This document shows positions 52,495 to 64,000 of a stretch of 64,000 nucleotides of DNA, piece after piece (position 1 is the stretch's first letter; each line of letters begins with the position of its first letter). This DNA comes from Nitrospirota bacterium. Its GTDB lineage: Bacteria; Nitrospirota; UBA9217. The translations under genes and the position numbers were made by a program. The notes beneath the pieces are model-generated. The model was given only the letters and a program-made list of their open reading frames with translations. It had not been told where the DNA came from and made no database searches. The DNA lies in the NCBI GenBank assembly GCA_963818475.1, contig CAWFSF010000006.1, positions 1,088,001 to 1,152,000 of the forward strand, in the 5' to 3' direction.

Positions 52495-52593
52495 GTACTT
52501 TCCACGCTGAGTGACAAAAAGGGTGAACGGACTTTACTTTTAGTCCTCAGCGCGTTATTATGCACTGCACATTAAACATTGCGCCTTTCTTCT

Positions 52594-53054
52594 ATGACGA
52601 TCACGAACGTTCATAACCATAAAAACAGTGCATTGTTGACGATCCTGCTGTTGGCTATCCCTTCTTGGTTCGGCCTGTACCCGTCAACATATCTATGCTG
52701 CGCCGACCGTCATCGGCTCTAATGCCGTCATCGAGATATCCTCCCTGAAGACCGCAACGCCGATTTTTCTCACCTATCGATACCAGGGCAAACTGATCAA
52801 CTTCTTTGTTCTTCGGCTGGACTCAGGCGTCCAATCCTACCTCGATGCCTGCGCAAGCTGCTATCATCACCAAGCAGGGATACCGTCCCGATGACGGTGT
52901 GGTTACCTGCCGGTACTGCAATATGAAATTTCCGATATATAAGCTGGAAAAAGGACTGGGGAGCTGTTACCCGATCAGGATAGCGGGAAGGGCCGAAAAC
53001 GGCAACTATTTGATCTCCCTTGCGGAGCTGGAAGGCGCTGCGAAGCTGTTCTAA
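52594..53054 (+). CDS. DUF2318-type Fe-S/Cys-rich protein (indels; start approximate)
   Basis: Reconstructed YLDACASCYHHKQGY..VTCRYCNMKF..GSCYPI. Confidence 0.7.
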
Positions 53055-53062
53055 CAACATCG

Positions 53063-54272
53063 CTACTCATATCTGAGCGCCTGTATCGGGTCCTGGAGCG
53101 CTGCCTTGCGCGCAGGATAGACGCCGAAGAAAATCCCCACCGCTGCTGAAAAGAAGAATGCCATCAGAATCGACCAGAGTGAGACGCTTGTCGGCAGCAC
53201 CTCGACGAACACGGGGATGACGAGCGCCAGGCTGACGCCGAGGATGATGCCGATGACGCCGCCGGCGCCGGAGAGCGTTATGGCCTCGATCATGAATTGA
53301 GCCAGGATGTCCTTGTTCCGAGCGCCGAGCGCCTTTCGGATGCCGATCTCCCGCGTGCGTTCGCGCACCGACACGAGCATGATGTTCATGATCCCGATGC
53401 CGCCGACCAGCAGCGAGATGCCGGCGATGCCGCCGAGCACCGCGGTCAGCACGCCGAGGATCGTGTTCATCGTTTCAAGCATCGCCCCCTGCGTTTGAAT
53501 AGTGAAATCCTCTTTATGGGCATGCCGCTTTATCAGAACGTCCTTGATCTGGGCAATGGCGCGGTCGACATCGTCCGCGCGCGGCGTAGATGCGATGATC
53601 TCAAAAAGCGAGTCGGTGTCAAAAAGCTCCTGGCCGCTCGTCACGGGAATATACACGATGTCGTCGATATCCATGCCCATGCTGGTCCCCTTCTTCCGCA
53701 TCACGCCGACCACACGATAGCGCGCGTCGGAGAGTATCACCACCTTGCCGAGCGCGTTCTCCGTGCCGAAAAGCTCCTCTTTTACCTTCGTGCCAAGGAC
53801 GATCACCTTGGCTCTTGGAATCGACATCGCCCTGTGAAATATAGCTTCCCGTGTCCACAAAAAGATTGCGCACCCGCTGAAATTCCGGCGTTGTACCGAT
53901 TATCATGATATCCCGGCCCATGTTCTGGTATTTGAGCTTTCCGGTTCCGAACACGAGCGGGACCGCATCGGTCAGAAGCCAGGCGCGCCGTCTGAGCGCC
54001 TGGGAATCATCATAGGTGAGCTTCCGTACCGTGCCTGCCGAAGGAGGGTGAAACCCGCCGCGCGTCGAGGTCTTTCCCGGAGTGATGATGAGAAGGTTCG
54101 TGCCCATTCCGGTCAGTTCCTTGGTGATGTACACCTGCGCTCCTTCGCCGATGGACACGAGCAGGATCACGGCCATGACACCGATGATCACGCCGAGCAT
54201 GGTCAGTCCCGAGCGGACCTTGTTGGATACGATCGCTTCGAAGGCTACTCTGAATGTTTCGAAAAAGTTCAT
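53063..54272 (-). CDS. MacB/FtsX-type ABC permease (indel near 53815)
   Basis: RSGLTMLGVIIGV, GGIGIMNIMLVSVRERTREIGIRKALGA and DPIQALRYE motifs. Confidence 0.92.
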
Positions 54273-54946
54273 GCGCGCACCTGGTCGTCAATGATCTGCC
54301 CGTCCTTCACGGAAATGATGCGTTTGCACCGTGCCGCAACGGTCTGGTCATGGGTGACGATAATGACCGTGACGCCCTGCTGGTTAAGCCCGATCAGGAT
54401 CTTCAATATCTCTTCACCGGAACGGCTGTCGAGATTTCCCGTGGGCTCGTCGGCAAGAAGGAGCGGCGGATGATTGACGAGCGCACGGGCAATGGCCACA
54501 CGCTGCTGCTGGCCGCCGGAAAGTTCCGTGGGTTTATGATACATGCGCTCGGCAAGGCCGACCTGCTGGAGCAGCGGCATGGCGCGTTCTTTCCGCAGCC
54601 GCGCAGGGACCCCGCTGTAGATAAGCGGCACTTCCACGTTCTTGAGCGCGGAAAATCTCGGCAGGAGGTTGAAGGTCTGGAACACGAAGCCGATCTTGAC
54701 GTTCCTGATCGACGCGAGCTCGTCATCCGTCATGGAGCTGATCTCCCGGCCTTCGAACCGGTACGATCCGCTCGTCGGACGGTCCAGACATCCCAGCATG
54801 TTCATGATCGTCGATTTCCCCGAGCCCGACGGTCCCATGATGGCGATCAGTTCCCCGGGCTGGACCTTCAGGGAGACATCGGAAAGAACGGTGATGTCCA
54901 CCCCGCCCATGCGGTAGATCTTGGTTATGTGAGAGAGTTCTATCAT
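54269..54946 (-). CDS. MacB/LolD-type ABC ATPase
   Basis: GPSGSGKST, LSGGQQQR and ADEPTGNLD motifs. Confidence 0.94.
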   Translation of the reverse strand: MIELSHITKIYRMGGVDITVLSDVSLKVQPGELIAIMGPSGSGKSTIMNMLGCLDRPTSGSYRFEGREISSMTDDELASIRNVKIGFVFQTFNLLPRFSALKNVEVPLIYSGVPARLRKERAMPLLQQVGLAERMYHKPTELSGGQQQRVAIARALVNHPPLLLADEPTGNLDSRSGEEILKILIGLNQQGVTVIIVTHDQTVAARCKRIISVKDGQIIDDQVRA

Positions 54947-54959
54947 GTTATTACCGTAC

Positions 54960-55000
54960 TCCCAATCCGAATCCTGAACCCAATCCCAACTCCGTTCCTA
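54960..55000. repeat. Short hexamer-like low-complexity repeat
   Basis: cccaatccgaatcctgaacccaatcccaactccg in the intergenic gap. Confidence 0.45.
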
Positions 55001-55004
55001 ACGG

Positions 55005-56099
55005 TTACTCAAGGATCACTTTCGCCTTATCCTTCAACCCCGTGGCTTCGGGAGTCGTGATAACGAACTCTCCTGCTGAAAGTCCCTTGGTAACCTCTGT
55101 GTAGCTCCAGTTGGTGATCCCGATCTCGACGGGTTTCAGCTTTGCTGCGGCCTTTGCACCAGGTTTGAGATCGCTGCCGATCGCAACATAGACCTGTTTT
55201 TTTCCTTCCCGTTCAATGACCGCCTGTGACGGTACGGAAAGCACGTTCTGCAATGTCGTGATCAATATCTCGATATCTGCGGACATGCCGGGCTTTATCC
55301 GCGCATCCTTCTTGTTGAAATAGACCCAGACATCGGCGGTGCGGGTCTCCAGTTTTCCGCCGCTCACGATCGGGGAGATACGGCGGATCGATCCTTCGAA
55401 TTTTTCCCCCGGGAACGCATCGACGGTGATCGCAACCGGCTGTCCGATCTTGAGCCTTCCCACGTCAACTTCATCGATCGTTGCCAGCACATAGATCTTG
55501 TCGGGATTCACGATCGTGGCGATCTCCTTGCCGGGCATGAGGATCTCCCCTACCTCGGCGGTCTTTTTTGCAATAACGCCTTCAAATGGGGCGCGTATGA
55601 CCGAATAATCCCTTTTAACCACGGCATCTGCGGCTGCGGCCTGATACTGCGATTTGGCGACTTCATAGGCCCTGCGGGACGCATCGAGGTCCTGCTGCGC
55701 GACCATCCCTTTATGGAAAAGGTCTTCGACCCTGTTCAGGTTCTTACCGGCTTCTTCGTAGGTCGCTTTGCTCTGCATCAACGCGTTCTCGGTCTGGACC
55801 GACTCTTCGGCAAGGTCCAGCTGCGCAATGAGCGCTCCTGCCCTGACCAGGTCCCCTTCTTGAACGGGAAGCTTTACCACTCTGCCGGTTCGCTGCGCTG
55901 AGAGCGTTACTTCGGTTTCCGACTTTACCGTGGAGGTCGTGGTTGCGTTCACGATGACGCGCAGCTCCCCGGGTTTCAGTTCGATCGCCTTTACTGAGAC
56001 AGGCTTTTTTCCGCTGAGGGCGATTATGAATAGTACGACCACTACGACCGCCGCGGTCCAGAACAGCTTGCTTTTAACCATGCGCATTAATTTCGACAT
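55005..56099 (-). CDS. MacA-type periplasmic adaptor (efflux membrane fusion protein)
   Basis: N-terminal TM helix, lipoyl-hairpin motifs, IRAPFEG and KPGMSA. Confidence 0.92.
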   Translation of the reverse strand: MSKLMRMVKSKLFWTAAVVVVVLFIIALSGKKPVSVKAIELKPGELRVIVNATTTSTVKSETEVTLSAQRTGRVVKLPVQEGDLVRAGALIAQLDLAEESVQTENALMQSKATYEEAGKNLNRVEDLFHKGMVAQQDLDASRRAYEVAKSQYQAAAADAVVKRDYSVIRAPFEGVIAKKTAEVGEILMPGKEIATIVNPDKIYVLATIDEVDVGRLKIGQPVAITVDAFPGEKFEGSIRRISPIVSGGKLETRTADVWVYFNKKDARIKPGMSADIEILITTLQNVLSVPSQAVIEREGKKQVYVAIGSDLKPGAKAAAKLKPVEIGITNWSYTEVTKGLSAGEFVITTPEATGLKDKAKVILE

Positions 56100-56110
56100 T
56101 TCACCGGCCC

Positions 56111-56560
56111 TTATGATTCATTCTCTGCGTTGTACTCAAGGCGTTCTTTGATGGCCTTCATGAAGCCACGGGTCACTTCTCCCAGCTTATCGGCAACGAC
56201 CATGTCCTGAAGAAAACTGAAATGGCTGTTCACGTGCCCTTCCAGGTGGTAGGTGATCTCTGTCTCATCGTCCGATATTTTTCTGAAGGTCGTGATCCCC
56301 GAGGTGATGAGATGTTCGTGCGTCGCGGTCCATGCTATTTTTTCATGCTCGATCAGTTCGGTCGTATGAGCATGCATCTCGACCATCCGGGTGAAGGGGC
56401 CGAGCGACATCCTGATGTTCCAGATGGAATCGAGGTCGTTCAGGATCTCGACTCCCTTGCACCCGGGAAAGAGGCAGCCCACCTCCTTGCGGTCGATCAT
56501 AAAGGACCATACACTTCTGATCGGCAGCTTTACGGTAAAAGTGACCTCTCTCGTCGGCAT
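56111..56560 (-). CDS. SRPBCC/CoxG (START-fold) protein
   Basis: VWSFMID..CLFPGC, LGPF and a C-terminal helix typical of CoxG. Confidence 0.78.
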   Translation of the reverse strand: MPTREVTFTVKLPIRSVWSFMIDRKEVGCLFPGCKGVEILNDLDSIWNIRMSLGPFTRMVEMHAHTTELIEHEKIAWTATHEHLITSGITTFRKISDDETEITYHLEGHVNSHFSFLQDMVVADKLGEVTRGFMKAIKERLEYNAENES

Positions 56561-56597
56561 CGTTCTCAGGCCTCCTCTGTTGGCTGGTCCCTACAAT

Positions 56598-57969
56598 CTA
56601 TCCCTTAGTGAGTTGCCACGTGCCCATGGCCTTAAAGAGCCGTGCAGCAGCGAGCTGGTAATCATAGAGCGCCTGGACGTGGTCGGTCTCGGCATTGACC
56701 GAGGCGACCTGTGCATCGGTAACTTCAATGTACGGCCCGACTCCTGCTTCATATCTGCCCTGGGCAAGTTCAAGGCTCTCTTGCGCCTTTTTGACGGACA
56801 ACTCCATCACTGCGATGCGGGCCGTCGCGCTTTCGATATCCGCGTACGCCTGGTTCAACTCTATGAGGATCGATTGCCGAAATGAGCGTCCCTGCGCCTC
56901 AAGAGCATGCAGATTTGCCCTGGCTTCGCTGACCCTCCCTCTCGTAAGACCACCTTCGAATAGCGGTACGGACAGCGATATGCCCGCGTTCCAGCTGTTC
57001 TGGATATTGCCTTCGAGCTCAACGCCGTTGAAGGAGCCCATATCCTGGGTGCCGCGGGGCGTCCAGTTGTAGGCGCCATTTGCCGAAAGGGTAGGAAAAT
57101 AATTCGACTCTTCGGCTTTAACTCTGGCTTGTGCAGCCTGGATATCCGCTTCAGCTTTGAGCATTTCCGGACGGTTCTTGACCGATTCAGCCAACGCCTG
57201 TTCCATGGGCGGAATTACAATTGGCGACGAGAGGATATCTTCGATCTCGATATCACGCTCCGGGTCGATGCCCATGGCATTATACAGCCCGATGGTCCGG
57301 AGTCGCACATTGTTCGAGGCATTTATCAGGCCGAGTTTTGCGTTGTTCACTTCCACTTCGGCTCGCGTCACATCAAAGCGCGGCTTTGAGCCTGACTGGA
57401 AAAAGGCCTCTGCCTGACGGAGATGGCTCTCGGCCTGTTCGATCGTTTTCTGCGTCACCAGCACAAGGTGCTTTGCCGCAAGTAGTGCAAAATATGCCTG
57501 TTTGACGTTCAGGACCGTTTCCTGGATAACTCGCTGCTCATCAAATTCCAAAGACGCGTGTTCCCAAGCGCGCAGCATCAAGGGCATTGCCGGTCTTGCC
57601 GAAGTCATAAAGTGTCTGATTAACTGAAACGGACGTCGTGTAGCTCTTGGTGACACTGTCCCCAAAAGCTCCGCCCAGGGAATGGTTCTCCGAATAACCG
57701 GTGCTTGCCTTGACCTGCGGCAGATAGGGTGAAGCAGCCTGGGTAACGCGGCCCTGGCCGGCGTTCACATTCTCCCGGGCGGACCTGATCGCCGGCTGGT
57801 TCTTGAGCGCGGTTTCGATGCAGCCGCTCAGGGTCGTCACATTCGTCTCCGCCTTCAGACCCGCTGTGAAGATACAGAGTTGAAACAGGACCATGCCTGT
57901 CAGAAATAGTTTCATCTGTGTCATCATGTTCATCCTTGTTTCCGGCGTTGCCGGACGTTTTCCGATCAT
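56598..57969 (-). CDS. TolC family outer-membrane efflux protein (indel near 57560)
   Basis: ALKNQP, LYDFG, VKQAYF, PLFEGG and RYEAGV motifs. Confidence 0.9.
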
Positions 57970-58439
57970 TTCAACGCCCGTTTGACCGTACTTGGCGACT
58001 GATCGCTCCTGCCCCTGGAGATGATATCGGATAATTTCCCCAGGACAGCCGTCAGATTGTTTCGGTCGTCGCTGCTCAAGCGCAAAAAGATCCGCTTCAA
58101 TTCGCCCTTCGCCTGTTTTTCAGCGTCGCCAAGCTGTTCTTTGCCATAGGAACTCGCTTGCAGCCGAATGATCCTGCGATCATGCTTGTCGGCTGTCCGC
58201 ACCAGCACGCCGGACTTGACCAGGCCGTTCACCAGCGATGTTGCGGAAGCCGGGGTAATGGAGAGGAACCTGGCAATATCCTTCATGTTGACCGGCCCGT
58301 TCTCCCGGACGAACTGGGTCGTTAGAAATTGAATGAAGGAGAACGAAGTCGTGACGTTTTTCTGCATGTGCTGATGCAGCGACCGGTTGGTCATAAAGAA
58401 GAGGTTGATCAGATGGCTGATGCTGTTGGAGGGCGGCAT
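57966..58439 (-). CDS. MarR family transcriptional regulator
   Basis: wHTH MKDIARFLSITPASATSLVNGLV..DKHDRR. Confidence 0.9.
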   Translation of the reverse strand: MPPSNSISHLINLFFMTNRSLHQHMQKNVTTSFSFIQFLTTQFVRENGPVNMKDIARFLSITPASATSLVNGLVKSGVLVRTADKHDRRIIRLQASSYGKEQLGDAEKQAKGELKRIFLRLSSDDRNNLTAVLGKLSDIISRGRSDQSPSTVKRALK

Positions 58440-58443
58440 AAAC

Positions 58444-58500
58444 TTAGACTCCCTAACTATTAGACATACTGAATATAGCACCTGTTCCGGCGTTTGTCAA
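58444..58500 (-). promoter_or_regulatory. marR promoter and putative operator
   Basis: TTGACA-17bp-TATATT; palindrome TTAG-N5-CTAA at 58444-58456 overlapping the RBS. Confidence 0.6.
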
Positions 58501-58602
58501 ACCGGTATGCGGACGGGATGGTGAGCAGCGGGAAAATTTGTCTGAGCGAAGATATCAGCGTGAAGAGATTGCAATTTCACTATAGGTAGTGTATATAAGG
58601 GC

Positions 58603-59547
58603 ATGCGCTTCCTGCTCAAGCCTGCGGACCAACTCTCCCTGCTCTTCATCATACTGCTGTCCGGGTGCACGATGTTTGCCGACCTCCCGCTGGCCTCAAG
58701 GCTTCGGCTGCTTACCACCTACGGCCTCCTTGCCATCGCGGCGATCTCGCTGGCGCTCTTCCGCAACCGGCTGCGAACGGAACAACAGCGTTTTTACCTC
58801 CATGTACTGCTTACGACAGTGACCATACTCGTCATCTTCAACAGTATGGGAGACCTTATTCGTGGTCTTCGGTCTCAAACCTACGATGAAATGCTCATCC
58901 GGATCGACCATCTCCTCTTCGGCGTCCATCCGACGGTCTGGCTGGAGCAGTTCATTACGCCGGCCCGCACCGCCCTGTTCCAGTTCGCTTACAGCAGTTA
59001 CTATTTTATTCCCTTCGCGCTGGGAATTGTGCTTATCGTCAAGGGCAGGTACGCGGTATTTGAAGAGGCACTCTTCGGCATCGTGCTCTGCTTCTATCTT
59101 TCCTACGTCGGGTACCTGCTCGTTCCGGCCATTGGCCCCCGTTTTACGCTCGACCACCTGCAGACCGCCGGCCTTCAGGCGGGCCCCTTCATCAACGTGA
59201 TCCAGGAAACATTGAACGGCCTTGAACAGAACAAGACCGACGCGTTTCCGAGCGGACACACCGCCGTGACGCTGCTGACCCTCTTTTATGCCGGGAAATT
59301 AAAAGAAAGAGCACTTTTCAGGGTGCTCCTGCCGCTGGTCTCGACCCTGATCGTTGCGACCGTTTATCTCAGGTACCATTACGTGATCGATGTGATCGCC
59401 GGTGTCCTGCTGACGGGGTTGATCATCGTACTGGCGCCGATGGCATACAAAGCGTTCTCAGTCGTCAGGACGACCATCTCACGAGGAGCGTCATGGCGGC
59501 GCCCGAAAGGATGGGAATTGAAAGGTTGTCATTGGCAACCGGAATGA
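58603..59547 (+). CDS. PAP2 superfamily, Aur1/inositol-phosphorylceramide-synthase-like membrane protein
   Basis: AYSSYY, GYLLVPAIGPR, DAFPSGH and YLRYHYVIDVIAG motifs. Confidence 0.8.
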   Translation: MRFLLKPADQLSLLFIILLSGCTMFADLPLASRLRLLTTYGLLAIAAISLALFRNRLRTEQQRFYLHVLLTTVTILVIFNSMGDLIRGLRSQTYDEMLIRIDHLLFGVHPTVWLEQFITPARTALFQFAYSSYYFIPFALGIVLIVKGRYAVFEEALFGIVLCFYLSYVGYLLVPAIGPRFTLDHLQTAGLQAGPFINVIQETLNGLEQNKTDAFPSGHTAVTLLTLFYAGKLKERALFRVLLPLVSTLIVATVYLRYHYVIDVIAGVLLTGLIIVLAPMAYKAFSVVRTTISRGASWRRPKGWELKGCHWQPE

Positions 59548-60049
59548 GCTCGACCGCGGCCGCTATCACGGCGCCGGCGGCTACGATCCCGGGAGAGAGC
59601 CGCATACCCGCCAGGGGCAGAAGGACCAGCCCCACGAACAGCCCAGCGATGATGAATGCCGCAGTACCCTCGAGGCTTTTGCCCCCGATCTTTGTTTTGC
59701 CGTACCGCTCTCCGATCGTCGTTGCCGCAACATCGCCAAAGGCAAGAAAGCAGATAGCCGCCGCGGCAACTTCTGCGGGAAAAGCGTAGAGGGAGAATCC
59801 GATGCCGAGGATATAGGGGGCGGTGCCGGTCAGCTTCTGTTTTTCATTGTTCCTGATAAAGCTGCCGAATCTGGAGTAGACGAACCGGTTCAGGCCCGGC
59901 AGCTTCAGCCGTGCAATATCGAGGGCCAGGACGACGATAAACAGTACGGCGTAGATGCAAAGCGCCCGGCTTCTGCCGAGGATAAAATAGAGAGACAAAA
60001 GCCCGACTCCGCCGACGAGGTGATAGAATTTTCTGCCGATATGTTTCAT
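59465..60049 (-). CDS. CTP-dependent polyprenol/diacylglycerol kinase family (phytol/dolichol kinase-like)
   Basis: RKFYH, FGDVAATTIG, KSLEG and NDNLSIP motifs. Confidence 0.82.
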   Translation of the reverse strand: MKHIGRKFYHLVGGVGLLSLYFILGRSRALCIYAVLFIVVLALDIARLKLPGLNRFVYSRFGSFIRNNEKQKLTGTAPYILGIGFSLYAFPAEVAAAAICFLAFGDVAATTIGERYGKTKIGGKSLEGTAAFIIAGLFVGLVLLPLAGMRLSPGIVAAGAVIAAAVELIPVANDNLSIPILSGAAMTLLVRWSS

Positions 60050-60158
60050 AGGGAATGCGATCCTCCGATCGGACCCAGCATACAAGGTATTGGGAGGATA
60101 TTCAACTCTGTTTTGCCGGGGAATGGTCGTGGACTGTCCGGCTTGGCGATCTGCGGTG

Positions 60159-61271
60159 CTAGATCTTCTTTTCAAATATCCGGTATTTTTTGTACACGGT
60201 GCCGCCCATGAGTTCGCAGCCCCGCTGCATGGCAATGTTGTCCTCAAGGATCCACGACATCTCCGCGCGTTCGTACCCCCTGCGCAAGGCGGCCTTGAAT
60301 GATTTGAGGTAGAGCAGCCCCTCGATGCCCTTTTTCCGGTACTCTTTCTTGATGCCGAGGGTCATGACCCTGATATCCGTGATCTTTCTCGAATACCACA
60401 AGAATTTGACAAGTTCCACCGGCCCCAACCTGCCGTCGATCCTTTTCAGCACCTGGTTGTAGTCGGGGATCGCCATGTAAAAACCGACCGGAACGCCGTT
60501 CAACTCCGCAAAGAGCAGAAGGTCCGGCACGATCAGCGGTTTGAGCCTGTCTGGCCATGGACTCTATCTCCTCGTCGGTCATGGGCACGAAACCCCAGTT
60601 GTGGCTCCAGGCGGAATTATAGATGTCCTTTACTACAGCCAGCTCCTGTGCGAATTTCTTCATGTTGGCCGGACGCACCGTGAGGCCGGGCATCCGGGCC
60701 TGCACGATCGACGCGAGCTTCTCGAGCCTTTCGCCTGCGGTCACGTCCTTGATCACCGAGATATAGGCAAGGAGGTCCTTGGACTTGGTCAGGCCGCAGC
60801 GTTCCATGTAGTCGAGATAGTACGGCGGAGTGTAGGTCATCATGATCATGGGAGGTGCATCAAAACCTTCGAGGAGAAAACCGCATTCGTCGTTCGTCGA
60901 CGGGTTCATGGGGCCGCGCATGATCTGGATATTGCGCTCCTTGAGCCAGCCGGCGGCAGCGGCAAGGAGCGCTTCCGCTGCCGAGGGATCGGGAAGGCAT
61001 TCAAAAAAGCCGAAAAAACCGGCCTGTTCCTGATGAAGTGTCGATGTGGTTGCGGTCGATGATCGCGGCGATCCGTCCGACATCATCACCATTCCTGCGT
61101 GCGAGAAAACAGGCCGCTTCGGCATGGCGGAAAAAAGGGTTTTTCTTCTCCCAGGAGGAACCGTATCTCGCTCTTCAGCGGAGGGACCCAATTCGGGTTT
61201 CCCTGATAGACCTTCCAGGGAAAGCGGATGAAGACGGTCCAGGCCTTTCTTATCAGCGACCAGCTCGATGT

Positions 61272-61275
<4 letters not shown>
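60159..61275 (-). CDS. cerS: Bacterial ceramide synthase-like GNAT protein (several indels)
   Basis: Reconstructed WVPPL..PFFRH..GRIAA..GFFGFFE..RGPMNPS..GFDAPP..YY; WSHNWGFVP; EMSWILEDN. Confidence 0.7.
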
Positions 61276-62483
<1,208 letters not shown>

Positions 62484-62525
62484 ACCCTCCCCTGTCATCG
62501 TTGTCATCGTTGCTGTGAGTCACCG

Positions 62526-63528
62526 TTATTTCAGCCAGCCGTTTTCCCGATACCATTGCCAGGTGATCGCCAGGCCCCGGGCCAGGGGAAATTGCGGCTG
62601 GAAACCCAGGTCATCTCGAATCGCCCTCTGGTCGCATAACCAGTATTTCTGCGCTGCTTCGTTGATCTTTTCCCTGCTCAGGACAGCGGCCTTTGCTGAG
62701 AACAGGCCAATCAATTCTGAAACGAGGCCGATCACATACGCCAGGCTGATGGGAACCGTGATCGTTCGGGCACGCACACCGCCGCTCGAAAGCAGCTCCT
62801 GCCGGAACGCAGACAGGGTGTAGGTACGCTCCTCGGCAACACAATAGATGCTCCCGCTCCTGGTCTTTTTCTCGGCGGCAAGAAGCAGTGCCTGAGCAAG
62901 GTCTTCGACGTAACAGGGATTAATGTACCGCTCGCCTCCGGCCAGATTCAGGAGGAACCCCCGTGACGCCATGGTAAAAAACTCAAACACATCGGTATCC
63001 CGCGGCCCGTACACGGCGGATGGACGCAGAATAACCACCGGAAAGGTGTCGCGGTACGAGAGCGCCTCGGATTCGGCAAGCAGCTTGCTCCGGCCGTATT
63101 CGGAAACAGGCCGGGGAGGATCCGTGGTCTTTGCCGGCTGAGCGTCAGGACTGGGCCCTCCTGCCGCAAGACTGGACACCAGAATGAACTTTTCGATGTC
63201 CGTATCATACCGGGCGCAGGCCTGAAGAACATTTCTGGTGCCGATGTGGTTCACGGTAAAGAAATCGCGCGTTCTTCGCGCTTTCGTAAGTCCCGCGGCG
63301 TGGAAGACACGTTCCCTGTCCGCGCACGGCCGATGCCAGGGAAACGGGATCTGCACAGTCTCCCTCCACCAGCCGGACATCGAGCCCGGACAGCCAGCGG
63401 AGCTTTGACCGGTCTCTCACAAGGCAGGTCACCGCATATCCGTTTTTTATTAATAATTGCACCAGGTGACTGCCGACAAAACCGGACCCACCAGTCACGA
63501 GCGCGCTCCTGGAGATCGACGGCGTCAT
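62526..63528 (-). CDS. NAD-dependent epimerase/dehydratase, CerR-like position (indel near 63325)
   Basis: TGGSGFVG, HAAG, YGRSK and RPSAVYGP motifs; directly upstream of spt. Confidence 0.78.
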
Positions 63529-63606
63529 GGAATACAGGGAATGGGGAACTGTTTCATATGGCTGAGTTTAGCGAAGGGGGGCGGTGATGTCAAGATGAAT
63601 GATGCG

Positions 63607-64000
63607 TTACGGTTTATGGGGGGGGGGAGCAGGAATTCTGCATTCGGCGTTCATATTCATATCGCATCGTTCGCATTCAAGCTGGATGGTGCTGTGCAGT
63701 ATCTTGAACTTTTTCGACAGAAGCGCCCTGATCTCATCAAGCAGGTCCCTGCTCCGGCTGACCAGTTGATCATCGATGATCACGTGGGCGCTCATGGCAT
63801 GGACCCCGGACGTGATGGTCCAGACATGAATATGGTATGCTTCACGGACGCCGGCAAGTTTGCCGATCTCGGCAGCCACGACATCGATATCGACATGCGA
63901 GGGCACTGATTCCAGCAGGATGCTGACCGACTCCTTGACCAGCGCCCATGCGCCATACATGATCACGAAGGATATCAGAATGCTGAGGATCGGATCGATA
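63607..64000 (-). CDS. Cation diffusion facilitator (CzcD/ZitB-like), C-terminal part
   Basis: DPILS, ILLESVP, HIHVWTITSG, SAHV and HSTIQLE motifs. Confidence 0.88.
   Translation of the reverse strand, partial: IDPILSILISFVIMYGAWALVKESVSILLESVPSHVDIDVVAAEIGKLAGVREAYHIHVWTITSGVHAMSAHVIIDDQLVSRSRDLLDEIRALLSKKFKILHSTIQLECERCDMNMNAECRIPAPPPHKP

Noticed and set aside
63525-63560. 10-codon uORF (MKQFPIPCIP) overlapping the epimerase start
   Set aside because: Could be chance or an indel-broken N-terminus; no independent support.

Overview
Bacterial chromosomal window, probably from an anaerobic Nitrospirota- or Desulfobacterota-type organism (taxon is inferred, not proven). Many 1-nt indels split essential genes, which suggests an unpolished long-read assembly. 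(1) 1-21.9 kb, minus strand: a sigma54-driven Geobacter-type split pilin (pilA-N, pilA-C) followed by an xap-like locus (ABC exporter, TMTC-like GT-C/TPR protein, UbiA phosphoribosyltransferase, wzm/wzt, FkbM) and an AT-richer glycan-tailoring cluster. (2) 22-47.7 kb: mostly housekeeping: hsp20-lon-lipA, a selenocysteine formate dehydrogenase fdnGHI with SECIS, htpX, tRNA-Gly, tRNA-Cys, dnaE, a sensor kinase, mltD, ridA, relA/spoT, recJ, tatA and mobA, with several heptamer-repeat palindromic elements. (3) 47.9-53.1 kb: a putative copper-handling operon led by a leaderless Cys-containing leader ORF ending in an RPP ribosome-arrest-like motif, followed by a long hairpin. (4) 53-58.5 kb: MarR-TolC-SRPBCC-MacAB exporter. 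(5) 58.6-63.6 kb: an apparent bacterial ceramide operon (cerR-spt-cerS) extended by a CTP-type lipid kinase and an Aur1/IPC-synthase-like PAP2 protein, then a partial CDF transporter. The strongest candidates for undescribed systems are the arrest-peptide metal operon and the extended ceramide locus.
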